NCBI GenBank assembly: GCA_948616985.1
Contig: CAPGDO010000002.1
Location: forward strand, 5,965-69,964
DNA length: 64,000 nt
Direction: 5' to 3'
DNA from: an uncultured Eggerthellaceae bacterium
GTDB taxonomy: Bacteria > Actinomycetota > Coriobacteriia > Coriobacteriales > Eggerthellaceae
Below, piece by piece: positions 1 to 10,013 of the stretch. Position 1 is the stretch's first letter, and every line of letters starts with the position of its first letter. Under the pieces are notes generated by a model. That model was given only the letters and a program-made list of their open reading frames with translations. It did not search any database and was not told the origin of the DNA. The translations under genes and the position numbers were made by a program.

Positions 1-435
1 CTTGGGATCAGAGATGAATCCGCTGCCCAGGAAGATGCCGCGCAAGTAGGCCGCCTGGCAGCATTTCTTCGAGACCAACCGGGGGTCTATCCCTAGGGAC
101 AGACCGCCGTCTTCGGCCACGATGCCCATATCGCGCAGGGCGTCTCCCAGATCCTGCTGGGCGGGGATCTCGATGAGATAGTTCGGGGTCTTATGGAGCA
201 CGGAGCGACGGATGGTCAATTCGGTCTTGAGCCCATAGAGGGCGTGGAGCAGCTTGATGACCAACCGTCCCACTGAGGCTGAGTCCGTGGCTATCTCAAC
301 GCGGTAGCTGCCCGGTCCGCTCAGGAAGAGCGTTCCCTCCACCCGGACGAGGGCAGCCAGAGTGGCGCGGTCGCAATGGCTGCATGAAGGAGCTACATGA
401 GCCAATTCGTCTTTGACATCCGTGGTGAAGGACAT
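1..435 (-). CDS. whiA: WhiA-family DNA-binding regulator, N-terminal 145 codons (the rest lies beyond the window start)
   Basis: Absent from the ORF track because it is open at the window edge. My translation of the reverse strand from ATG (435..433) gives MSFTTDVKDELAHVAPSCSHCDRATLAALVRVEGTLFLSGPGSYRVEIATDS..., the canonical WhiA N-terminus. It sits directly downstream of rapZ-yvcK, as in the conserved rapZ-yvcK-whiA cluster. Confidence 0.8.
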   Translation of the reverse strand, partial: MSFTTDVKDELAHVAPSCSHCDRATLAALVRVEGTLFLSGPGSYRVEIATDSASVGRLVIKLLHALYGLKTELTIRRSVLHKTPNYLIEIPAQQDLGDALRDMGIVAEDGGLSLGIDPRLVSKKCCQAAYLRGIFLGSGFISDPK

Positions 436-445
436 GGGGGCACCC

Positions 446-1588
446 TTAGAATTCCCGACGAGAGAGCATGAGCCGGATCACCTGGAGGATGGCATCCCGT
501 AGGGCAGCAGGGTCATGCCAGGTGGGTTGATGGGTATCAGCTAGGTTGCGGGCAAGGACCACGGGACCTTCTGCCTGGATAGCCTGGACGTCTTGATAGG
601 TGATGGAGACAGGCCGCACTCCCCCGGAGAGGCGTAGGTCATCCAGATCGGAGATAGAGCCGTGTTCGGGTTCGTCTCCTGCTACAGCGATGAAGCTTCC
701 GGTGGCGGGACTCTCGGCTCGCAGTTGCACGGGGGTATGCACCAGCATGTAATCCACCAAGCCGCACATCCCATGGTCGAAGAGCGCTCGCAGATGCTCA
801 CGGGCGGAGAGTCCCCAGGTCTCTCCCTGGACGTCAGCAAGCGAGCATACGAAGAGCACCGATCCGCGGGAGCGCTGGATGGCTTCCAGGATGCCTGGGA
901 CCAAGAGGTTCGGGATGATGGAGGTGAAGAGGGACCCAGGCCCCAGCACGATGAGGTCGGCGCTCTCGATGGCTTTGAGGGCCGGGCGATAGGGGCGGAT
1001 GGCTCCCCCATCGCTTTGGAGGCTCACGGATTCCAGAGCAGTATGGGAGTGGCAAGCCACTGCCTGCCCATCTAGGGTGCGGCCATCCTTCGTGTGCGCG
1101 GTCAGCGTCACGTGATCCAACGTGGAAGGATAGACATGGCCTTGGGCGTTCACGAGCCGCTCGCAGATGCGAATGGCTTCCGGGAATGATCCGGAGGCGT
1201 CCTCCAAGGCAGCCAAGAGGAGGTTCCCTAAAGCATGGTCATCGGCCACGGCGAACCGGTACTTGAAGGCCCTCACCAAAGGGTCGGTGGGGTCATCGGC
1301 GAAGGCGGCAATGCATTTGCGGATATCGCCCGGAGGGGTCACATCCGCTTTGTCTCGCAAGATGCCGGTGGAGCCCCCGTCATCTGCCATGGCCACCACC
1401 GCCGAAGTGGGTATCCCGAGGGATAGGAGGGTCCGGATGGAGACGGGTGCTCCCGTGCCACCGCCGATGACCACCGCTTCTATGGGCTCATCGGCCTCAG
1501 CGGGCACGTCCCCGGCTAGAACGGAATCATCCAGGGCCCGGAAGGCGCCGGTAGCCGAAGGATCCATATGGAATGGACGCGGATCCAT
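446..1588 (-). CDS. yvcK: YvcK/CofD-like protein (gluconeogenesis / cell-shape factor family)
   Basis: ORF 446..1660. Contains VVIGGGTGAPVS and LGPGSLFTSIIPNLLVPGI motifs typical of the YvcK/CofD fold. The start is uncertain: ATGs occur at 1660, 1630, 1588 and 1567, none with a clear SD. 1588 is the first ATG past the rapZ stop (1596). Confidence 0.85.
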   Translation of the reverse strand: MDPRPFHMDPSATGAFRALDDSVLAGDVPAEADEPIEAVVIGGGTGAPVSIRTLLSLGIPTSAVVAMADDGGSTGILRDKADVTPPGDIRKCIAAFADDPTDPLVRAFKYRFAVADDHALGNLLLAALEDASGSFPEAIRICERLVNAQGHVYPSTLDHVTLTAHTKDGRTLDGQAVACHSHTALESVSLQSDGGAIRPYRPALKAIESADLIVLGPGSLFTSIIPNLLVPGILEAIQRSRGSVLFVCSLADVQGETWGLSAREHLRALFDHGMCGLVDYMLVHTPVQLRAESPATGSFIAVAGDEPEHGSISDLDDLRLSGGVRPVSITYQDVQAIQAEGPVVLARNLADTHQPTWHDPAALRDAILQVIRLMLSRREF

Positions 1589-1595
1589 GGCGCTC

Positions 1596-2588
1596 TCAGG
1601 CCTGAGCGACAGGCTCAGGGGAATGGACATCGGGTGATTCATCATCCAGACGATCGGCATCCACGGCCTTGCGCTCCGCCTTTCCTAGATCGCGATGGGC
1701 CACTGATACGCGATAGCCCTTGGATTTCAGGTAGTCCCCGGTGGCTTCTGCCAGCGCCACGGACCGATGCTGGCCCCCCGTGCAGCCTACCCCGATGGCG
1801 AGTTGCTGCTTGCCCTCCGCCACATAGCCGGGCATCACCACATCCAACAGGGATTGCCAGCGCTTGCGGAATTCGATGGTCTCATCCCGCAGCATGACGA
1901 AATCACGCACCGGCTTATCTAGGCCGGTAAGGTTGCGCAGGTCGGGGTCATAGTAGGGGTTTGGCAGGAAGCGAACATCCATCACCAGGTCAGCATCGAG
2001 AGGCGCACCGTGCTTGAAACCGAAGGAGTAAACGGTGACGGAGAGCCCCTTTCGCTCAGTGCCTTCGGCGAAGGCGGAGCGCAGGGTGCTGCGGAGCTTC
2101 TGAGGCAGCATCTCGGTGGTGTCCAGCACCAGATCAGCCCGCTTGCGCAGGCCAGAGAGCAGTGAGCGCTCGGCCTGGATGCCTTGGGCACTGGTGGTGC
2201 CTTCGGTGCAGAGAGGGTGGCGTCGACGGCTGGATTTGTAGCGAGAGACCAGCTTCGAGTCATCGGCATCCAAGAAGATGAGCCGGAACCTGACCTTGTC
2301 CGCTTCAAGCTGATCCAGGGTATCTATGAGGGAGCCGAAGTACTTGCCGTTACGGGCGTCACAGACCAATGCCAGCTTGGAATGGGGATCATCTGCGCTG
2401 GCATTGCGGTTCAGTTCGACCAGATTGGAGATGAGCGAAGCGGGTAGGTTATCTACGCAGAAATAGCCCAGATCCTCGAATACATGCATGGCCTCGGTGC
2501 GGCCGGCGCCGCTCATGCCCGTGACGATCACCAGTTCGGGCATGAGGTTGGATGCCTCCTCGCTATGGGTCTCAACGATATCCGTCAT
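1596..2588 (-). CDS. rapZ: RNase adapter / nucleotide-binding protein RapZ
   Basis: Walker A motif GMSGAGRT near the N-terminus. C-terminal CTGGQHRSV motif. Conserved position between uvrC and yvcK. Start overlaps the uvrC stop by 4 nt. Confidence 0.9.
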   Translation of the reverse strand: MTDIVETHSEEASNLMPELVIVTGMSGAGRTEAMHVFEDLGYFCVDNLPASLISNLVELNRNASADDPHSKLALVCDARNGKYFGSLIDTLDQLEADKVRFRLIFLDADDSKLVSRYKSSRRRHPLCTEGTTSAQGIQAERSLLSGLRKRADLVLDTTEMLPQKLRSTLRSAFAEGTERKGLSVTVYSFGFKHGAPLDADLVMDVRFLPNPYYDPDLRNLTGLDKPVRDFVMLRDETIEFRKRWQSLLDVVMPGYVAEGKQQLAIGVGCTGGQHRSVALAEATGDYLKSKGYRVSVAHRDLGKAERKAVDADRLDDESPDVHSPEPVAQA

Positions 2589-4606
2589 GAGCCGTTTCCC
2601 TCCTTCAAAGGATGCTCCTCATTATACTGTGCGATCACAGCGAAGAGGTCTTCCGCCACCTCTGCAGGCAGCACCTTTGCAGCCTGGATGTCCTCCAGCG
2701 AGGCGCTGCGCAGAGCCTTCATGGATCTGAAATGGCGCAAGAGGGCCTTCTTCCGCACGGGTCCGATGCCAGGTACCTCGTCGAGCAGCGAGGCTGTCAT
2801 GCCCTTGCCGCGCAGCTCCCGATGGAAGGTGATGGCGAACCGGTGGGCTTCGTCACGCACCTGCTTCACCAGATAGAGCGAGGCGGAGCCACCTGGCAGC
2901 ACGATAGGCCCCGAATCCTGCCAGGGAACGAAGAGTTCCTCATCGCGCTTCGCCAAGCCCACTACGGGGATATCGTCTATGCCCATCTGCTCGAACATCT
3001 TCAAGGCCGCTGTGAGTTGAGGTTTACCGCCGTCCAAGATGATGAGGTCGGGTTTGGATCCGAATCGCTCATCGGCCATGCGCTCGGGGGCATAGCGTCG
3101 CTCCATCACCTCCTGCATGCTGAGGAAGTCGTTGGCTTCGGTGAGCTCCGCTTTGATCTTGAAGCGGCGGTACTGGTTCTTGTCCGGCTTTCCGCCCGTG
3201 AAGACCACCATGGACGCCACCGTGTAGGCACCGTGCAAGGTGGAGATGTCGAAGCATTCGATCCGCATGGGCGGCCTATCCAAGGCCAGAGCGCTCTCCA
3301 GCTGGGCCAAGGCATCGTTGATGCGCTTATCGTCATAGTTGGTGCGCACCTTATAGCGCATGAGCGTATGCTGGGCGTTGCGTTCCGCTAGGGCCACCAG
3401 CTCTGAGCGCTCCCCCCGCTGAGGCTCCATGAGACGCACCTTCGCCCCATGGACCGAGGAGAGCTTCTCCGTGAGCCACTCCTCCATGGCCTCTGCATCG
3501 TCGGGGAGCTGAGCCAAGATGACCTCATGGGGAATGGATGTGGTGGCATCGTAATAGCGCAAGAGGAAGTTCCGGAGCAGGTCTTCGTCGGGCACGTCCT
3601 TTCCGCGGTCCAAGATGAACTCGTTGGAGTTCAGGATGCGCCCCTCGCGGATCTGGAAGACATGGACGCCAGCGACGGTCTCTTCGCGATAGATGCCCAC
3701 CACATCAGCATCCAGGCTCTTGGAGGAGACGGCATGCTGGCGCTCGTTCTGGGAATCGATCACCTCGATGCGGGCCTTGACGCGCGCTGCTCGCTCGAAA
3801 TCGAGCTCTGCAGCTGCTGATGCCATCTCTTCGGTGAGCTCCTCGAGGAATTCCTTGCGGTTGCCCGCCAAGAAGCGCTCGATGCGCTCCACATTGCGGG
3901 CGTACTCCTCCTGGCTGATCTTCCCGCAGCAGGCACCCGGACCTAGGCCCACATGGGAATCGAAGCATTCGGGACATCCCGCCATCACGCATTGGGGATC
4001 AGGAAGCCCCCCGTCCCCGCCTTTGCCCTTCCGATATGCGCCATAACCCTTCTTCTCCAGCTTGCGCTCCATCGATCGCCATTCAGCGCAGGTGGCGGCG
4101 CAGAGGGGGACGACGCGGCGAGCTATGTCCACCAGGCGCCGCGCAGCTCGAGAATCCGTATAGGGGCCGAAATAGCGGGATGTCTTCCTATGCTTCTCTC
4201 GCGTGTATTTGATGGCGGGGAAGACGTCCCCCTTGGTGATGCAGATGAAGGGGTAGCTCTTGTCATCTTTGAAGTCAGCGTTGTAGAACGGCGAGTACTG
4301 GTTGATGAGGTTCTTCTCGAGCACCAGGGATTCATGCTCGTTCTCTACGACGATGTACTCGAAGGAATGGATGCGCTCTACCAAGAGGGGTATCTTCGCC
4401 CGGCTGTCCTGGAAGTTCACGTACTGGCGCATCCGGGCGCGCAGTTGCTTGGCCTTGCCCACATAGATGACCTCGCCTTCTCTGTCTTTCCAGAGATACA
4501 CCCCAGGCTCAGTGGGTACGTTCGCCAGTTCCCCCTTGATACGGGCGAGCTTCTCCTGCTGCGTTTCCTGTCCAGCGGCGACAACGGCTTCTTCATGTTC
4601 ATCCAT
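2585..4606 (-). CDS. uvrC: Excinuclease ABC subunit C
   Basis: ORF 2585..4762. GIY-YIG module PGVYLWKDREGEVIYVGKAKQLRARMRQY, a Cys-rich segment, a UVR motif region and a C-terminal HhH region (GIGPVRKKALLRHF). I prefer the start at M53 (MDEHEE, 4606) because the 52 upstream codons have no UvrC-like sequence. No strong SD at any candidate start. Confidence 0.9.
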   Translation of the reverse strand: MDEHEEAVVAAGQETQQEKLARIKGELANVPTEPGVYLWKDREGEVIYVGKAKQLRARMRQYVNFQDSRAKIPLLVERIHSFEYIVVENEHESLVLEKNLINQYSPFYNADFKDDKSYPFICITKGDVFPAIKYTREKHRKTSRYFGPYTDSRAARRLVDIARRVVPLCAATCAEWRSMERKLEKKGYGAYRKGKGGDGGLPDPQCVMAGCPECFDSHVGLGPGACCGKISQEEYARNVERIERFLAGNRKEFLEELTEEMASAAAELDFERAARVKARIEVIDSQNERQHAVSSKSLDADVVGIYREETVAGVHVFQIREGRILNSNEFILDRGKDVPDEDLLRNFLLRYYDATTSIPHEVILAQLPDDAEAMEEWLTEKLSSVHGAKVRLMEPQRGERSELVALAERNAQHTLMRYKVRTNYDDKRINDALAQLESALALDRPPMRIECFDISTLHGAYTVASMVVFTGGKPDKNQYRRFKIKAELTEANDFLSMQEVMERRYAPERMADERFGSKPDLIILDGGKPQLTAALKMFEQMGIDDIPVVGLAKRDEELFVPWQDSGPIVLPGGSASLYLVKQVRDEAHRFAITFHRELRGKGMTASLLDEVPGIGPVRKKALLRHFRSMKALRSASLEDIQAAKVLPAEVAEDLFAVIAQYNEEHPLKEGNGS

Positions 4607-4775
4607 AGGTTGGGATTCTAGGCGAAGGGAGCACATCCGTCTTATCACAGCAGGATTAAACATCTTGAAAACATGAGGGATAAGCTTTCGCAACCGCTGT
4701 TCTCTCTTGTAGTCCGATCTGAGAGGAGGGATACACTCCTCCTCAGGACAGAGAACAGTCAAGGAGGTACCTACG

Positions 4776-5093
4776 ATGACCTATGAGCATCTCTACGAGA
4801 AGATGATGAAGGAACAAGCCAAGCTCATGCCCCGGATCGAACAGCTCCAAGATGAGGGCAAGCTGCCCGATGATCTTGCGAAGGCGCTGGCAGGAGTGCA
4901 GCAATGGAATGAGGAAGCGGATCTCAAGCTAGGGAATGCCGAAGCCCCAGTGCTCGCTCCTGACATAGATCCCGTGAACGCCTTCTCCAATGCCCTTGGA
5001 ACCTATCAAGGCCTCTTCACTGAACAAGAGCAGTCCGCCATCCAGCTCTATCAGGAATATGCCGAAGCCATGTTCGATAGGCTCAAGGCCTAG
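4776..5093 (+). CDS. Hypothetical small acidic protein (105 aa)
   Basis: ATG preceded by AAGGAGG (4763..4769). No recognisable family. Transcribed divergently from uvrC. Confidence 0.5.
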   Translation: MTYEHLYEKMMKEQAKLMPRIEQLQDEGKLPDDLAKALAGVQQWNEEADLKLGNAEAPVLAPDIDPVNAFSNALGTYQGLFTEQEQSAIQLYQEYAEAMFDRLKA

Positions 5094-5360
5094 GATGAAG
5101 AGCATTCGGCTTACCGCTTGAGCCTCTTCTGCCATCGTCCTGACTCGCGCCTCGCCAGCATCCTCTCCGATGTGAGCGAGGCGTTCTATCGCATCGGGTC
5201 AGTGATGTGGCTGGAGACGTTCATCCCATCAGGATTCTCCCTATTCCAGGGGAACTCGGTCCATCGCTGAGGCACCATCGGATGTGGGGATGCTAAGGCA
5301 GTAGCGGTCTTCGTCATCTATAATCAAAGGTTCTATCACTTCGTAGGATACGGAACCATC

Positions 5361-6803
5361 ATGACGAGATTCACTGAACTAGGGCTTCCCAAGCGCGCTT
5401 TGGCTGCTGTGGAGAAGCTGGGATTCACCGCCCCCACTCCCGTGCAAGAGCAAGCCATACCGAAGGTATTGGCAGGCAAGGACATCATCGCTGCGGCAAG
5501 CACGGGGACGGGTAAGACAGCAGCATTCCTCTTGCCTGTCTTGGGCAAGATGCAGAAGCGGGATGCAGGACGCAGGAAGCCGCGAGCGCTGGTCATCACC
5601 CCTACCCGTGAACTGGCAGAGCAGATAGCCTACACCAGTACGCGGATCGCGAAGTGCTGCGGGTTGTACTCCACTGCGGTATTCGGCGGCCGATCCTATT
5701 CTCCTCAGATCAAGGACCTGCGCCGAGGTACGGACATGCTGATCGCCACTCCTGGCAGGCTGATCGATCTGATAGAGCGCGGCGTAGCGGATCTTTCAGC
5801 GGTGGAGGTGCTGATCCTCGATGAGGCGGACCGCATGTTGGACATGGGCTTCCTGCCTGCGATCGAGGACATCGTCAGCAAGGTGCCCGAGCAGCGTCAA
5901 ACGCTCCTGTTCTCCGCCACCATCGATGAATCCATCCAGAAGAACCTCTCTAGCCTTCTGGTGGACCCGGATATCATCCAGATCGCCCAGAAGGGGGAAA
6001 CGGCGAAGATCGTCGAGCAATTCGTCATGCCCGTCTCCAATAGCAACAAGGCCGAGGCTTTGAAGTGCCTGCTGGATGAGAAGGGCCATGACCGGGTCAT
6101 CATCTTCGCCCGCACGCGCAATCGAGCCGAGGATCTGGCTCAAGAGCTCAACCGCTCCGGCTTCCAGAGCGAATGCATCCATTCTGATAAGACCCAGGGT
6201 CAGCGCAAGAAGGCCTTGGCGGCCTTTCGTCGAGGAGATGCAGGCATCATCGTGGCTACCGATGTGCTGGCTCGGGGCATCGATGTCCCTGAGGTGGACT
6301 ACGTGGTGAACTATGACCTGCCGGATATGGCTGAGGATTACATCCATAGGATCGGTCGCACGGGGCGTGCGGGCAATGCGGGCTTCGCCGTCTCCTTCGT
6401 GGCTCAGAAGCAGTTGGATCGGCTTGAGGCCATCGAAGCACTGATCGGGCGCAGCATCCCCATCATGCGGATAACCTCCTTCGATATCGACATGGCTCAG
6501 TTGAGCAAGCCCTCTCGTCGGGATAAGGCGAAGACGCGCGAGGGCCTTTCCAAGAAGAGCATCAAGTCTGCCGCGCGGGCCAAGCGGTACCGGGATAAGA
6601 AGAAGCAGCAGAAGCAAGCCGATTATGACTACACGGGCTATGGCGATCTGCGTCGAGGTAAGAAGAAGCGCAAGGACCTACGGCCTGGGGACAGGGCAGA
6701 GGATGTCTCAGAGTCACGGTCAGGCCGGGGTGGGAACAGGAGACGCAAGGAGAATGCCTCCCGTAAGCCTGCCCATTCCCCCAGAAAGCACAAGAAGCGC
6801 TGA
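5361..6803 (+). CDS. DEAD-box ATP-dependent RNA helicase with a basic C-terminal tail
   Basis: Q-motif region FTAPTPVQ, motif I AASTGTGKT, motif II LDEADRM (DEAD), SAT, and HRIGRTGRAG. The last ~100 aa are a Lys/Arg-rich tail. Confidence 0.92.
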   Translation: MTRFTELGLPKRALAAVEKLGFTAPTPVQEQAIPKVLAGKDIIAAASTGTGKTAAFLLPVLGKMQKRDAGRRKPRALVITPTRELAEQIAYTSTRIAKCCGLYSTAVFGGRSYSPQIKDLRRGTDMLIATPGRLIDLIERGVADLSAVEVLILDEADRMLDMGFLPAIEDIVSKVPEQRQTLLFSATIDESIQKNLSSLLVDPDIIQIAQKGETAKIVEQFVMPVSNSNKAEALKCLLDEKGHDRVIIFARTRNRAEDLAQELNRSGFQSECIHSDKTQGQRKKALAAFRRGDAGIIVATDVLARGIDVPEVDYVVNYDLPDMAEDYIHRIGRTGRAGNAGFAVSFVAQKQLDRLEAIEALIGRSIPIMRITSFDIDMAQLSKPSRRDKAKTREGLSKKSIKSAARAKRYRDKKKQQKQADYDYTGYGDLRRGKKKRKDLRPGDRAEDVSESRSGRGGNRRRKENASRKPAHSPRKHKKR

Positions 6804-6846
6804 GACAGCGCTTCTTGTGGGTAGCACATTCTGATAAGAGGGTGGG

Positions 6847-8271
<1,425 letters not shown>

Positions 8272-8325
8272 TTAATGACGTGGAAACAAAATCTCTGCAG
8301 CCTCCAGCGGCCAACGGTGATGGGC

Positions 8326-9240
8326 TCATCGTGCAGGTTCCTTCTCTGGTGGCTTTTGGGTGACCAAGAACACCATGATCAAGATGAGCACCAATCCGAT
8401 GATATCCCACGAGGAGATGCGCGCACCGGTCCATAGCGCTCCGATGAAGGTTCCCGCCACCGGTTCTGAGCAGGCCAAGAGGCTTGCCCGCATAGGGCCA
8501 GCATCCTTCACTCCCTGGATATAGAGGAAGTAGGCAGCGATGGTCCCCACTCCCACCAGTCCTGCGAAGACGAGCCACTCCTCCCCTGCGAGGCTCACAT
8601 CGAATCGCCAGGGACGCGTCACCAGAGAGGAGGCGATGCATCCGAAGAGCATCCCATAACCGTTGACCACGCAGGTGCCATAGGCTTCCAAGGGCTTCTC
8701 GGGTAGGAGGTTGTACAGGGCAGTGACGAATGCCGAGGTGATGCCCCATACAAGGCCCAACAACGGCATGTTGAGGGTGGTGATATCCCCTTGGGTGGCT
8801 ATGGCCACCACACCGGCGAAGGCCAAGACCACACCCGCTGATTCTCGAAGGGAGGGACATCGGCGGTCACGCAGGCAAACCCAGACCATCACGAAGACGA
8901 CATTCAACTGCTCGAGGGTGAGCGCGGTGCCGGCCCCTGCGTAGTCTATGGCGAGAAGGTAGGAGTACTGCATGAGGAATATCCCCAGGATGCCGAACAG
9001 GGCTATGCGAACGAACATGGCTTTATCTTGGATGGCTGCCTTGAGGCGCTTCCGCTCGGTCATGGCTGCGAATCCAAGGAAGAACAGGCACCCGATGAGC
9101 ATGCGCATGGGAGTGAGCCACTCTGCGGGGATGCCGTGGTAGTGCATGAGCACCTCTCCGCAATTACCCGAGAAACCCCAGGCTATCCCTCCAAGAAGGG
9201 CGCAGATGATCCCGCGGATGAGATGAGGATGGTGATCCAT
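8326..9240 (-). CDS. EamA/DMT-superfamily permease
   Basis: 304 aa, about 10 hydrophobic helices arranged as two EamA-like halves. Lies 7 nt downstream of the preceding gene. Confidence 0.7.
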   Translation of the reverse strand: MDHHPHLIRGIICALLGGIAWGFSGNCGEVLMHYHGIPAEWLTPMRMLIGCLFFLGFAAMTERKRLKAAIQDKAMFVRIALFGILGIFLMQYSYLLAIDYAGAGTALTLEQLNVVFVMVWVCLRDRRCPSLRESAGVVLAFAGVVAIATQGDITTLNMPLLGLVWGITSAFVTALYNLLPEKPLEAYGTCVVNGYGMLFGCIASSLVTRPWRFDVSLAGEEWLVFAGLVGVGTIAAYFLYIQGVKDAGPMRASLLACSEPVAGTFIGALWTGARISSWDIIGLVLILIMVFLVTQKPPEKEPAR

Positions 9241-9247
9241 GGATGCC

Positions 9248-9982
9248 CTAGAGGGAATCTACGGATTTGGCGGAGGGCACATTGTTCGAAGAGAGGAGTA
9301 TCACGCCCACATCCCCTCTTTCCGGCGAGTTCGTCACCATGGTCTGATCCTCAGGGTCATTGATGACCGAATAGGCATGGGTGCCCGTGGTGAAGATGAC
9401 CACATCGATCCCGTCATAGGAAGAGATGAGAGCAGGCCGTGGCGTTATGCAGAGGATGCTGGCGGCTCCCTTCTCCCGCAAGCCGTCTGTGATGATATCC
9501 AGCTCATCGGCGGGAAGGCGCCTATCCAAGGAGAAGACCCCGATCTTCTTCCCGTCTACGTCGAAGATCTGGGGAGTGGCATAGCGACTACCCCCATGAG
9601 AGAGGTCAAGGCTCAGCACATCAGCACCCCGGGTCTCATAGAGCTCCCGGACATCGGAGACGAAGACGCGCCCTGCATCTAACCCCTCCACCTCTTGGGT
9701 CAGGTTCAGGAGCTCGAATCCGAGGCCCATCTCACGGTCTGCCTCGGTGATCTCCTCATCCTGGGTGGGGGCATCTCCTTGAGCCAGGGGATCTGGTTCT
9801 GCAACACCGCTGTAGACGATGACCGTGTAATCCTCCAGCTGCCCGACACTGTCATCCACGGCTGTAGCGGCCACCGACCATCCCCTGCCTGTGGAGAAAT
9901 AGCTCATGAGGATGAAAGCACCCATCAAGATGAGCACGAAGAAGATGACGAGCGCTGCTCTTTCACGGGTTGCTTTGCTCAT
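9248..9982 (-). CDS. Hypothetical N-terminally membrane-anchored protein (244 aa)
   Basis: ORF 9248..10204 overlaps the 3' end of uvrA. The first ATG past the uvrA stop (9982) gives MSKATRERAALVIFFVLILMGAFILMSYF..., a basic N-region followed by one TM helix. No recognisable family. Confidence 0.55.
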   Translation of the reverse strand: MSKATRERAALVIFFVLILMGAFILMSYFSTGRGWSVAATAVDDSVGQLEDYTVIVYSGVAEPDPLAQGDAPTQDEEITEADREMGLGFELLNLTQEVEGLDAGRVFVSDVRELYETRGADVLSLDLSHGGSRYATPQIFDVDGKKIGVFSLDRRLPADELDIITDGLREKGAASILCITPRPALISSYDGIDVVIFTTGTHAYSVINDPEDQTMVTNSPERGDVGVILLSSNNVPSAKSVDSL

Positions 9983-10013
9983 GGCGAAGATTATATACCG
10001 CTTGGGGGCCTCA

